A DNA stretch of 64,000 bases from positions 855,273 through 919,272 of the forward strand of contig CP070803.1 of the NCBI GenBank assembly GCA_020343615.1, written 5' to 3'. Every line of letters starts with the position of its first letter. Positions within the stretch are counted from its first letter, which is position 1. Shown one piece after another: positions 8,965 to 17,315 of the stretch. The stretch is from Candidatus Woesearchaeota archaeon. GTDB taxonomy: Archaea; Nanobdellota; Nanobdellia; UBA10117; GCA-020343615. The position numbers and the translations under genes were made by a program. The notes beneath the pieces were generated by a model. The model was not told the origin of the DNA and did no database searches. It saw only the letters and a program-made list of their open reading frames with translations.

Positions 8965-9090
8965 GGGGCCGTGGGGTAGTTTGGACCATCCTCCCAGCCT
9001 CGAGTGTATATTTATCAATAATTACACTCGCTGGAACGGGGACGGATTGCCGGAACGCTGGTGACCCGAATTCAAATTTCGGCGGCCCCA
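8965..9090 (+). tRNA. tRNA-Pro (anticodon GGG) with two introns (37 nt at 9000-9036, 14 nt at 9042-9055)
   Basis: GGGGCCG/CGGCCCC acceptor, A73, TGGGGTAG D-arm pattern, CCGAA-TTCAAAT-TTCGG T arm. Two nested BHB motifs give the anticodon arm CCAGC-C(C/U)GGGGC-GCTGG. Confidence 0.7.
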
Positions 9091-9154
9091 TTTTTTAAAA
9101 GCTAAGACATAGAAAGATTTATATAGTGTTACTAGATAGTGATTACTAGTTAAA

Positions 9155-9619
9155 ATGGAGAGACTAATCATATTGCTCATTGGGATAATCATTGGAGGAA
9201 TAGCATTCCCTATTATAGGTAATGGTGTTAGTATGGAATCTCCATTTGGCTTGACATTAGAAAAAAATTCTCCTTCTGATTGGGTTCCTGAAGAAAAAAT
9301 TAGTGTAAAAAATGACGTAGTCATAATAAAAGTTGAAAATGCCAGATTAAGTAAATATGCAGACACTAACAGTATGGATCCTGTCTTAGATAAAAATAGT
9401 AATGGTATTGAAATAAAGGCTGAGAATCCTAATCAAATACAAGTAGGTGATATAATAACTCATGAAAAGAATGGTAACTTGATTGTGCACCGAGTTATTG
9501 GTATAGGTAGTGATGAAAAGGGATGGTATTGTATAACTAAAGGAGATAACAACTCTTCTAACGATGGTAAGATTCGTTTTGAAGACGTAAGATATATTAC
9601 AGTAGGAATTATTTATTAA
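9155..9619 (+). CDS. signal peptidase I (S26 family, archaeal/Sec11 type)
   Basis: N-terminal TM helix, SMDP (Ser box), HRV (His box) and KGDNN motifs. Confidence 0.7.
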   Translation: MERLIILLIGIIIGGIAFPIIGNGVSMESPFGLTLEKNSPSDWVPEEKISVKNDVVIIKVENARLSKYADTNSMDPVLDKNSNGIEIKAENPNQIQVGDIITHEKNGNLIVHRVIGIGSDEKGWYCITKGDNNSSNDGKIRFEDVRYITVGIIY

Positions 9620-9620
9620 A

Positions 9621-10103
9621 ATGAAAATAAATTATAATAGTATAGGTAAAATTCCGCCTGTGCATGAAGGAAAATTAAGAGAAGATCACGTAAGACCTAC
9701 AGGTAGATATGTTGATGGGACTCTGGTTCTTAAACTATATCATATGGCAGCAAATATGCCTAAGAAAAGAGACTTAAACTGTAAGGGTAGGGAATTACAA
9801 TCTCTTATATTAGATAAGCGACATAAAGGTGAAATAGAAAGTTACAGCGGTATGGGTTTTGCTGTATCTACTGAGAATATCAGCGACATACTTGTATGGA
9901 ATGGTAAAGATCTTTGGTTAAAAATATATTCTAATAATGTTTATAAAGGTAATCGTGAAATAACTCGTGAAAAATCTCCAATTACAGATATATCTGAAAT
10001 AGAAATATATTTTTTTGAAAAAAAGGCTTGGAATCAATATCTTAACTCGAGCAGGACGATTAAAGATAAAAAGGCATATCTTAGTGAAATTTTCAAAAAG
10101 TAA
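9621..10103 (+). CDS. hypothetical protein
   Basis: 160 aa ORF directly following the signal peptidase gene. No recognisable motif. Confidence 0.35.
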   Translation: MKINYNSIGKIPPVHEGKLREDHVRPTGRYVDGTLVLKLYHMAANMPKKRDLNCKGRELQSLILDKRHKGEIESYSGMGFAVSTENISDILVWNGKDLWLKIYSNNVYKGNREITREKSPITDISEIEIYFFEKKAWNQYLNSSRTIKDKKAYLSEIFKK

Positions 10104-10154
10104 TTCTTCTTAAAAACAAAAAATTTATTAGTATTACTCAATACAAAATTAGAT

Positions 10155-11585
10155 ATGCTGAGGAAAATTGCTCTTAGTTGTTTGATGTTATGTGTTCTCT
10201 TAAGCATAAGCACTGGCGTATTAGCAGTTAGATCTCCCCTAGCAATTGATTCTGAAATAATAAATGATAGGATAAAGTCTAATGAAACTGCTGAGTTTGT
10301 TGTTTTTGTAGAAAACATTAAGTTACAAACAGATACTATAAAAATAGATCATGATTTCTTAAATTGGCAAGTAACGGCATCACCATATTTTTTTGAAATT
10401 CCTCCTCGTCAGACTAAGGCTGTAAGTGTAAGAATCGCTCCTCCCTCAAATATTGAAGAGGGTTCTTATTCATTGACTTTAAAATTTGAATCAAAGAATT
10501 ATCCGGAAACTATTAAGAAACATACACTTGTGGTAACTGTCACTGAAAACGTGAAAAAAGATGCTGTGACTATGAGTTTAGTTCTACCATCAAAATCAGA
10601 ACCTGGGGCTATTGATTCTATTCTAAACATAAAAAACATAAGAACAACTCCATTAGAAGACGTATCTATAACAATCTCTTCTCAGTTATTATCAGAACCT
10701 TACTCTTTTACCATTGATGAATTAAACCCTGGTGAAGAAAAAAGTATTGAAAATAAACTTACTTTGTTGTCTAAATCTGCAGGAAATTATGGTATAAATG
10801 TTGAAGTGAAGAGAGGCGGAAAGATATTAGCTTCTAAATCCTATAATTTAGAACTTTATATTCCTGAAGAACCAGAAGCAATGCTTTCTTTCAGAAAAGA
10901 GTCAACTGGTGGTTTTCTTAAAGTTGAATATAAAGTAGTCATAGAAAATACTGGAAATAAAGAAGCAAAGAAAGAACTAAAAGCTACTTTTGGATCTCTT
11001 GAAAAATACTTTGTGAGTTCTACTCCTGAGCCTAATGTTAAAAATAAGGTCGTTGGTGGGGAGGAATTCTTCTGGATATACTCTGTAGCACCTGGTGGTA
11101 TAACAGTAATCACATATACTGTATCTTATCAAAAATTATTTGCAGCATTTATTATAATTATATTAGTAATAATATTTGCGTATTTCTACTTAAAGGAAGA
11201 GGTACCTATTAGTAAAAGTGTTCTATTTACTAGAACAAAGGAGCATAAAAAATACATAAAAATAATGCTGCAAATTAAGAATAATTCCAAAAAACCAATT
11301 CATCATCTAAAAGTTGTAGACTGGATAAAAACGCCATTAATGTTAGTAGAACAATTTGATACTCTAAAACCTAATTTAATTAAGAAAAAAGAGGGCAAGA
11401 TAAAATTAACTTGGGATATTCCTACTCTAGCTCCTAAAGAAGTAAAAGTAATCTCATACGGAACTAAATCCAAATTAAAGATAATCGGGAATTTAAGATT
11501 ACCTAGGGCGGCTGTACATTATAGGAAAGACAAAAAAACAAAGGAATTCTGGTCTAGTTCTCCAGTTATTTTTGGAAAAGAATAA
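10155..11585 (+). CDS. secreted/membrane-anchored protein with repeated beta-rich (CARDB/Ig-like) segments
   Basis: 476 aa with N-terminal signal peptide, an internal TM helix (AAFIIIILVIIFAYFYL) and repeated 'pattern ... K.I.N.G' beta segments. Confidence 0.45.
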   Translation: MLRKIALSCLMLCVLLSISTGVLAVRSPLAIDSEIINDRIKSNETAEFVVFVENIKLQTDTIKIDHDFLNWQVTASPYFFEIPPRQTKAVSVRIAPPSNIEEGSYSLTLKFESKNYPETIKKHTLVVTVTENVKKDAVTMSLVLPSKSEPGAIDSILNIKNIRTTPLEDVSITISSQLLSEPYSFTIDELNPGEEKSIENKLTLLSKSAGNYGINVEVKRGGKILASKSYNLELYIPEEPEAMLSFRKESTGGFLKVEYKVVIENTGNKEAKKELKATFGSLEKYFVSSTPEPNVKNKVVGGEEFFWIYSVAPGGITVITYTVSYQKLFAAFIIIILVIIFAYFYLKEEVPISKSVLFTRTKEHKKYIKIMLQIKNNSKKPIHHLKVVDWIKTPLMLVEQFDTLKPNLIKKKEGKIKLTWDIPTLAPKEVKVISYGTKSKLKIIGNLRLPRAAVHYRKDKKTKEFWSSSPVIFGKE

Positions 11586-11618
11586 ATTTAAAAAGCAATA
11601 GTTCTGGTTTTTTAAAAT

Positions 11619-11714
11619 CCCGGCTTAGCTCAACTTGGCAGAGCGTGCGGCTGTAGATTGCTTATCAGCGTAGCTGAAACCGCAAGGTTCCTGGTTCGAT
11701 TCCGGGAGCCGGGA
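11619..11714 (+). tRNA. tRNA-Tyr (anticodon GUA) with 22-nt intron (11657-11678, position 37/38)
   Basis: C1-G72 pair and A73 as in archaeal tRNA-Tyr, GCTC/GAGC D stem, TGCGG..CCGCA anticodon stem, loop CTGTAG|intron|A, CCTGG-TTCGATT-CCGGG T arm. Confidence 0.85.
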
Positions 11715-11744
11715 CTCTAATTTTCAATAGAGGGGGAGCCTGTT

Positions 11745-11786
11745 TTAGAATTGGTAGAACTGTACTTATAGTTCTGGTTCCGGGAG
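11745..11786 (+). pseudogene. degenerate, internally deleted copy of tRNA-Tyr
   Basis: Collinear matches to the tRNA 30 nt upstream: TTAG, A.TTGG.AGA, CTGTA, CTTAT (intron-derived), GTTCTGGTTC, CCGGGAG. Confidence 0.45.
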
Positions 11787-11789
11787 AAT

Positions 11790-11814
11790 TAAGAAGAAAT
11801 AAGCTCTGGTTTTA
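11790..11814 (+). repeat. 25-nt repeat family, copy 1 (TAAGAAGAAATAAGCTCTGGTTTTA)
   Basis: Starts right after the stop (11815-11817) of the minus-strand M23 peptidase gene. 28 nt (11787-11814) are identical to copy 3. Confidence 0.8.
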
Positions 11815-12297
11815 TTACTTATCTTCTATACCCTGAAAACTTCCTATAGGAGTTTTCCAGCGGATTTCAAGAGTTTTATAATTTTTTAAATCCTTCAAGT
11901 ATTTATGAACCTCAAAATGAAGATGTGGACCTAAATGTGCAATCCAACCAGTTTCTCCAGAATACCCTATAATCTGTCCTTCTTTTACTTCTTGCCCTTT
12001 TTTTACTAGAGCTCCATCCTTTCTTATATGTTCATATATTGAATATTCCTCATTTTGATGTCTGAGTTCTATAAAGTTGCCATATTTATCGTACTTTTTA
12101 TCAGGTCCGCCAGTATCTGAATCTTGATTAACATCAACTACAATACCATCTAAGGATGCTTTGATCGGTGTTCCTATTGGAACTATAAAATCAACTGCAT
12201 TTTTTAATCTACCGACATGTGCGGGGGACTCGTTATATTTTATTTTTACAGTATTGTTCAATTCAATAGGACAGCTGTACTCATTTTTTGTTTTCAT
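11815..12297 (-). CDS. M23 family metallopeptidase (LytM domain), no signal peptide
   Basis: 160 aa. H..(x)..D (HVGRLKNAVDF), GYSGETGW and HLHFEV zinc-ligand motifs. Confidence 0.8.
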   Translation of the reverse strand: MKTKNEYSCPIELNNTVKIKYNESPAHVGRLKNAVDFIVPIGTPIKASLDGIVVDVNQDSDTGGPDKKYDKYGNFIELRHQNEEYSIYEHIRKDGALVKKGQEVKEGQIIGYSGETGWIAHLGPHLHFEVHKYLKDLKNYKTLEIRWKTPIGSFQGIEDK

Positions 12298-12325
12298 AAA
12301 TAAGCATTAATAATTCTTTTTATTT

Positions 12326-12346
12326 GAGAAGAAATAAGCTCTAGGC
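12326..12346 (+). repeat. 25-nt repeat family, copy 2 (degenerate: GAGAAGAAATAAGCTCTAGGC)
   Basis: Abuts the stop (12347-12349) of the minus-strand ORF 12347..12688. Forms an 11-bp hairpin with the ORF 3' end. Confidence 0.6.
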
Positions 12347-12688
12347 TTATTCTTCCTTTTTAGGTAACTTACATATATATGTTAAAGAATCTAGTTCTAA
12401 TTTACCTTGTTCTGCTAATATCTTGCTACGATTCCGTATTATACTGGTAAAGTTATTATCATAAACAGCCTCTAAATATTTTATTTTTTGCTCAGACCCT
12501 GCATATAGTTCTAATACATCTTTAACAGGTCTATCAATTGAAGATAGTGATGCGTGTGAGTCTTCTTCTAAAGTTTTTAATATTAGCGCATCTAGAATGG
12601 GATCTATTTCGCTTGTGTTAGGTATAGTATCTTTAATTTTCCCCAATAGTTTTCTTGTATCTACTTTATTTAGGTCTATCTCTTTCAT
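12347..12688 (-). CDS. hypothetical protein
   Basis: 113 aa ORF. No recognisable motif. Confidence 0.35.
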   Translation of the reverse strand: MKEIDLNKVDTRKLLGKIKDTIPNTSEIDPILDALILKTLEEDSHASLSSIDRPVKDVLELYAGSEQKIKYLEAVYDNNFTSIIRNRSKILAEQGKLELDSLTYICKLPKKEE

Positions 12689-12746
12689 TTTTACAGATTA
12701 CTACTAAATAATAAGGTATATAAAGATTTCTTTGAAGAGAAAAATT

Positions 12747-13298
12747 ATGAAAATCCGAAAATACAGGAGGAAAGAACTCTTAGGAATAATACCTAATCTA
12801 AAGAATAAGACTTTATTAGATATTGGTGCAAGCAATTGTTACTCATTTAATTGGGCTTATAATAGATTAGCTAAAAATAATGGAAAGAATATAATTCTAG
12901 TTGATATAAATTATGGAAAGGAAATTAATAAATACATATTCTCCGAAAATGCTATTTGTGCGGATGCAAAGGATTTACCTTTTAAAAATAATAATTTTGA
13001 CATAGTTACAAGTGGTTGGCTATTAGACTATTTTAAGGGTAAAGAACTGGAAAAAGTAGTAAATGAATCATCAAGGGTTATCAAACCAAAAGGATATTTT
13101 ATTGGTGATGTTCCGGTACATCCTGAAAAAACTGAAGAAGATATTATATTATTTACAAGAAAGTTTCAACCACAAATAGAAGAATATAGAAAACTAATGC
13201 AGAATAATAATCTTAAAATCTTGCAAGATGGTTTAGGTTTTGAAAATTATGAGATTGTTAATCATTTGGTTTATTATTTTGTAGCACAGAAAGCATAA
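12747..13298 (+). CDS. class I SAM-dependent methyltransferase
   Basis: LLDIGASNC (motif I), DAKDLPF.NN.FDIV (motifs II/III) and VIKPKGYF. First ATG is at 12747 (the track uses TTG at 12732). Confidence 0.7.
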   Translation: MKIRKYRRKELLGIIPNLKNKTLLDIGASNCYSFNWAYNRLAKNNGKNIILVDINYGKEINKYIFSENAICADAKDLPFKNNNFDIVTSGWLLDYFKGKELEKVVNESSRVIKPKGYFIGDVPVHPEKTEEDIILFTRKFQPQIEEYRKLMQNNNLKILQDGLGFENYEIVNHLVYYFVAQKA

Positions 13299-13344
13299 CA
13301 AGAAATAAGTAAAATTTTTATTAATAAATAACGTATAAATTAAA

Positions 13345-13704
13345 ATGAGCGGATATTTTAATGGCAAGGATGAATATTTTATACAAGACGAGTATAAATT
13401 AATTAAAGAAGTAATAAAAAGTAAAGATAAGGAGTTATCAGAAATAATGAAGGCGATTAAAGAGGTCGGCATTATTTTAGATACTGCTCTCACGGTCATA
13501 GAATATTTAGAAGGCTTACCACATGTAAGCGGAAGAAAACTAAAACATTCGCTAAAAAAAATAAGAGAATATACTGAGTTTCTAGAAGAAGAGTCAAAAA
13601 AAGCTGCGGTAGACGAAAAACATGTTTTAAGGTTCAATAAGATTAGCTATAAGCTACTTGAAAGAGCAAAAAAAGATTTAGAACAAAATAAAATAAGACT
13701 ATGA
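13345..13704 (+). CDS. small helical protein, tandem paralog A
   Basis: 119 aa. The C-terminal half (..EE.KKA...E.......KLLERAKKDL) resembles the next ORF. Overlaps the next ORF in an ATGA. Confidence 0.4.
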   Translation: MSGYFNGKDEYFIQDEYKLIKEVIKSKDKELSEIMKAIKEVGIILDTALTVIEYLEGLPHVSGRKLKHSLKKIREYTEFLEEESKKAAVDEKHVLRFNKISYKLLERAKKDLEQNKIRL

Positions 13705-14030
13705 AAGAAATAAAAGAATTAGAGGATATAAGGAAATGTGCAGATGCTGAGCTAGTAGAACTAAAACGAGCATTAAAATTGATACGAGACATAGAATTTA
13801 TTTCTTATGATGTAATCCAGCAATTAAGATTCTTTCCATGTAGAAATAAACAGGAACTAAAGGAAGTACTTGAAGACTTAGAGAAACATATAAGACGTCT
13901 TGAGGAATATAATAAGAAAGCATTCATAGAAGAGCGAGGTGCCTTTAAATTAGAAAATACAATAAGAAAATTAGTTGAAAGGGCTAATAGAGATATAGCT
14001 CATTATGAAAATAAACTTAAAACATTTTAA
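13701..14030 (+). CDS. small helical protein, tandem paralog B
   Basis: 109 aa. ..LEEYNKKAFIEE......KLVERANRDI aligns to paralog A. Confidence 0.4.
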   Translation: MKEIKELEDIRKCADAELVELKRALKLIRDIEFISYDVIQQLRFFPCRNKQELKEVLEDLEKHIRRLEEYNKKAFIEERGAFKLENTIRKLVERANRDIAHYENKLKTF

Positions 14031-14142
14031 CCTTTTTCTTAGATTCTACCCAGTGTTTAGGGAACCGGGATTTTTATTCTTACTATCTAATTAAAAAAAA
14101 CCTTTTTACATAATATTATACTATTATATTAATGTTAATGTA

Positions 14143-16866
14143 ATGATTGGAGAAGGAAAGATAAAATTATTTGGTTCTGAAGACTATAAAAAAAGCGTAG
14201 AAGAAATAATCAAACAACTAGATAGTTCTGTAACTAAAGGTTTACCTAAATTCGAAGTTGATGAAAAAAGGAAAAGATATGGTTTTAATAGGGTAGAAGC
14301 TGAAAAACCTCCTTCATTTACTTATTTTTTCTTAGACCACGCTCTTGAATTTGTATCAATTCTTTTGATTAGTATTTCTATAGTATCTTTTTCAACTTAT
14401 GTTCTGTTTACCCCAACAATTGAAAGACTAGCTGAGGGATTTATAGTAACTACAATAGTATTGATTAGTATATTTTCTGGAGCTTATCAAGACCATAAAT
14501 CAGAGAAAACTGCTCATAAACTTAAAAAAATGGTTATGATGAGTAAAGTTACCGTACTCAGAAATGGATCTTATAAAGAAGTTGATTCTGAAGAATTAGT
14601 TCCAGGAGACATTGTACTGTTAAAAACTGGTGATAAAGTGCCTGCGGATATTAGATTAATTAAAGCTGACGATTTAGAGATTCAAGAATCTAATTTAACT
14701 GGAGAAGGTAGACCTTCAATTAAGCATTCTAGGATTATTACTGAAGATAAACCTATTTCTGGAAGAGAAAACATGGCCTACATGAATACATATGTAACTA
14801 GAGGAAACGGTAAGGGTGTAGTAGTCGCCATTGGTACAAAAACTGAGTTTGGATTAATCAGTGAACAAAGCAAGGAGGTACCCAAACATAGAGCTCCATT
14901 TCTAGATGAAATTCAGAGTGCTGCTAGAAAAATAAGTTACTTTGCATTAGTACTTGTGTTTTTATCTTCAATAACATTTCATTTCTATGGTAGAACTAAC
15001 TATCAAGTATTTATGCTAGCTGCGGCTCTGGTAATTGGAGCAATTCCTGCTGCACTTCCTATTACTGTGACTTACTCTCTTACTCATTCTATGAAGATGC
15101 TGGCTCGTAAGAATGTCTTAGTAAAGAACCTTCCTTTCTTGACGTCAGTAGGAAGTGTGGATGTTATATGCACTGCAAAAACAGGGACTTTAACTGAAAG
15201 TAAAATGAGTGTACAAAAAATATTTCTACCAGGACATAAGGAAACATTAAATCCGAAAAGCTTTGATAAAGATGAAAGCTACGAGCTTATTAGATGCGCT
15301 CTCCTAACAAATGAGGCTGAATTTAATTGCGAACGTAAGGAGTATATCGGGGATCCAAAAGACATAGGTTTACTTGAATTCTTAAAATCTAAAGGTGTAA
15401 ATGTAGATGATATATTAAAAGAATACTACGTTAAGGGTTTTTTGCCTTTTTCATCTGATAAAATGATTACTCAAGCTCTAGTTAAGCTTGATAAAGATGT
15501 AATAAGATATAGTAAAGGACGTCCAAAAACTATAGTTAGTAGATGCAGTAAAATACTCGTGAATGGTGAAATTAAAGATTTTACAGATGGGTGGAAGAAT
15601 AAGGTAAAAAAAGTAGTTAGTGAATTCTCAAAGTATTCTCTAAATAACTTAGCTTTTTCCTGTAAATATGTAAAAAAAGAAGGTTTAGGTGAACATACTA
15701 AAGGAGATGTGTTCATAGGAGTTGTTGGGGTAAGGGACTCTGTCAGACATGGAGTAAGAGATGCTATTGAAACTTGTTATGGTGCGGGAATAGAGATAAA
15801 AATGATTACTGGTGATGATAAGAAAACAGCTATATCTGTAGCTAAAGAATGTGGTTTTAGGAATATAAGGGCTATAAATTGGAATGAAATAAAGAACGCC
15901 TCTGAAGAAGAATTAAAGGAGATTGTGAGTAATAACAACGTCTTCGCTGAGATGGATCCTATGTTCAAGATAGAAGTTGTTAAGACTCTTCATAAGATTG
16001 GTAAAAAGGTTGCAATTACTGGTGATGGTATTAATGATACTCCTGCAATGCATGCTGCTGAAGTAGGTATCGCTATGGGTAAACATGGAAGTGATATTGT
16101 AAAGGATGCTGCAGATATAATATTACTTGATGATTCTTTCCCATCAATAAAGGAAGCAATAAAATACGGGAGAACTTCATTATCAAATGTAAAGAAATTA
16201 ACTAATTATTTATTAACTGCTAATTTTTTCGAAGTTATTGTATTATTCTTAGCTTCATTGGCTGGCTTTACACCTCTAAGAGCAATACAAATCTTATGGG
16301 TCAACTTCGCTACTGATGTATTCCCTGCCGTTGGGTTGAGTACAGACCCTCCTCATCCAGACATAATGAAAAAAAAGCCAGTTGGTAAGAGGGAGAAGAT
16401 ACTAACTAAAAGAGTACGTTATATGTTAGTTGGAATGGGTATTAAAAAAGTGGCCATTGTCTTCCTAGTTTTCTTCATCATACTTTTCTTATCTAATGGG
16501 GAGACTACGATATTCGGTATACGCGGGGACCTAGTTCTTGCGCAAGCTTCTGTATTTGCGTGGTTAGGAGTATTTCACATAGACAGGATAATTGCCATAA
16601 GATGGGACGAGGGGTGGAAGTGGAAAGACGTATTTATCAACAAAACAGTAAACTACGCTCTCCTATGGCCTATATTAACTAAGTTTATAATCTTATACAC
16701 TCCTCTATGCGGTTTCGCATTGTCTGGTTTCTTCCATGCGAAACCTTTACCTATTTGGGTTTGGGCTATAATAAGTATACTTCTCTTATTATCGGTTGTT
16801 TTAGCTGTAATATTAGTGAAGATAATCACTAAACAATTGGGAAAATATAGCGATATAGAGTATTAA
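14143..16866 (+). CDS. P-type ATPase (type II cation-transporting-like) with AKTGT in place of DKTGT
   Basis: 907 aa with TGE(G), ICTAKTGTLT, KGRP, MITGD and TGDGINDTPAM motifs and about 10 TM helices. Confidence 0.85.
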   Translation: MIGEGKIKLFGSEDYKKSVEEIIKQLDSSVTKGLPKFEVDEKRKRYGFNRVEAEKPPSFTYFFLDHALEFVSILLISISIVSFSTYVLFTPTIERLAEGFIVTTIVLISIFSGAYQDHKSEKTAHKLKKMVMMSKVTVLRNGSYKEVDSEELVPGDIVLLKTGDKVPADIRLIKADDLEIQESNLTGEGRPSIKHSRIITEDKPISGRENMAYMNTYVTRGNGKGVVVAIGTKTEFGLISEQSKEVPKHRAPFLDEIQSAARKISYFALVLVFLSSITFHFYGRTNYQVFMLAAALVIGAIPAALPITVTYSLTHSMKMLARKNVLVKNLPFLTSVGSVDVICTAKTGTLTESKMSVQKIFLPGHKETLNPKSFDKDESYELIRCALLTNEAEFNCERKEYIGDPKDIGLLEFLKSKGVNVDDILKEYYVKGFLPFSSDKMITQALVKLDKDVIRYSKGRPKTIVSRCSKILVNGEIKDFTDGWKNKVKKVVSEFSKYSLNNLAFSCKYVKKEGLGEHTKGDVFIGVVGVRDSVRHGVRDAIETCYGAGIEIKMITGDDKKTAISVAKECGFRNIRAINWNEIKNASEEELKEIVSNNNVFAEMDPMFKIEVVKTLHKIGKKVAITGDGINDTPAMHAAEVGIAMGKHGSDIVKDAADIILLDDSFPSIKEAIKYGRTSLSNVKKLTNYLLTANFFEVIVLFLASLAGFTPLRAIQILWVNFATDVFPAVGLSTDPPHPDIMKKKPVGKREKILTKRVRYMLVGMGIKKVAIVFLVFFIILFLSNGETTIFGIRGDLVLAQASVFAWLGVFHIDRIIAIRWDEGWKWKDVFINKTVNYALLWPILTKFIILYTPLCGFALSGFFHAKPLPIWVWAIISILLLLSVVLAVILVKIITKQLGKYSDIEY

Positions 16867-16873
16867 ATTCTTC

Positions 16874-17314
16874 TTAGCTTAACTTCTTTGCACGATATAA
16901 TAAGTCAATATCTAGTGATTTTGGCTTAAAACATTCAATTGCATATTTAACAGCAGTTTCTATATCAAATGGTTTACATGAAAAGATATTTACAAAAGCG
17001 CCATCTGTACGATAAAAGACTGTCGCCTGACTTTCTTTAAGAAAAATGTATCCGTTATCTTTAAGAAAAATAAACTTACTATTTTTAATAATGTAGTTAC
17101 CACAGGATTGCATTCCAATTTTTTGTGGTAATTCTTGTAAAAAGTTCTCTAAACTTTTTTGATTATTTAAACTATCATATAGCCTTAATGTTAAAGTAGG
17201 CATATTTCTGTATGCATGCTCATCAATCTTTACGCAATCTTTAGAAAGCTTATCTGTAATGTCCTTTAAGAAGACAGTCATATTAGAATCTCCAACTTTA
17301 AAATACTTTTCCAT
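16874..17314 (-). CDS. pyruvoyl-type decarboxylase-like protein (AdoMetDC/SpeH-like fold), tentative
   Basis: 146 aa. ..FLKESQATVFYRTDGAFVNIFSCKP.. resembles the ..ESH.S.HT.PE....A.D.F(T/S)CG.. core of SpeH. Confidence 0.4.
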   Translation of the reverse strand: MEKYFKVGDSNMTVFLKDITDKLSKDCVKIDEHAYRNMPTLTLRLYDSLNNQKSLENFLQELPQKIGMQSCGNYIIKNSKFIFLKDNGYIFLKESQATVFYRTDGAFVNIFSCKPFDIETAVKYAIECFKPKSLDIDLLYRAKKLS

Positions 17315-17315
17315 T

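Noticed and set aside
8965-9090. Reading the intron-containing tRNA at 8965 as tRNA-Ser (CGA or GGA) with a single intron.
   Set aside because: Any single 51-nt excision gives a Ser anticodon. But the tRNA has a short variable loop, a class I D arm and A73, and a proper tRNA-Ser(CGA) exists at 62608-62690. The two-BHB model gives Pro(GGG), which is consistent with the Pro-like acceptor stem.
8864-9366. Track ORFs 8864..9091 and 9022..9366 on the minus strand.
   Set aside because: They run through the tRNA-Pro gene and antisense to the signal peptidase gene. The tRNA cloverleaf and the peptidase motifs explain the region.
13299-13312. A possible sixth copy of the 25-nt repeat (CAAGAAATAAGTAAAA) after the methyltransferase stop.
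   Set aside because: Only about 10 nt match and the orientation relative to the gene is opposite to the other copies. A match of that length is expected by chance in AT-rich DNA.
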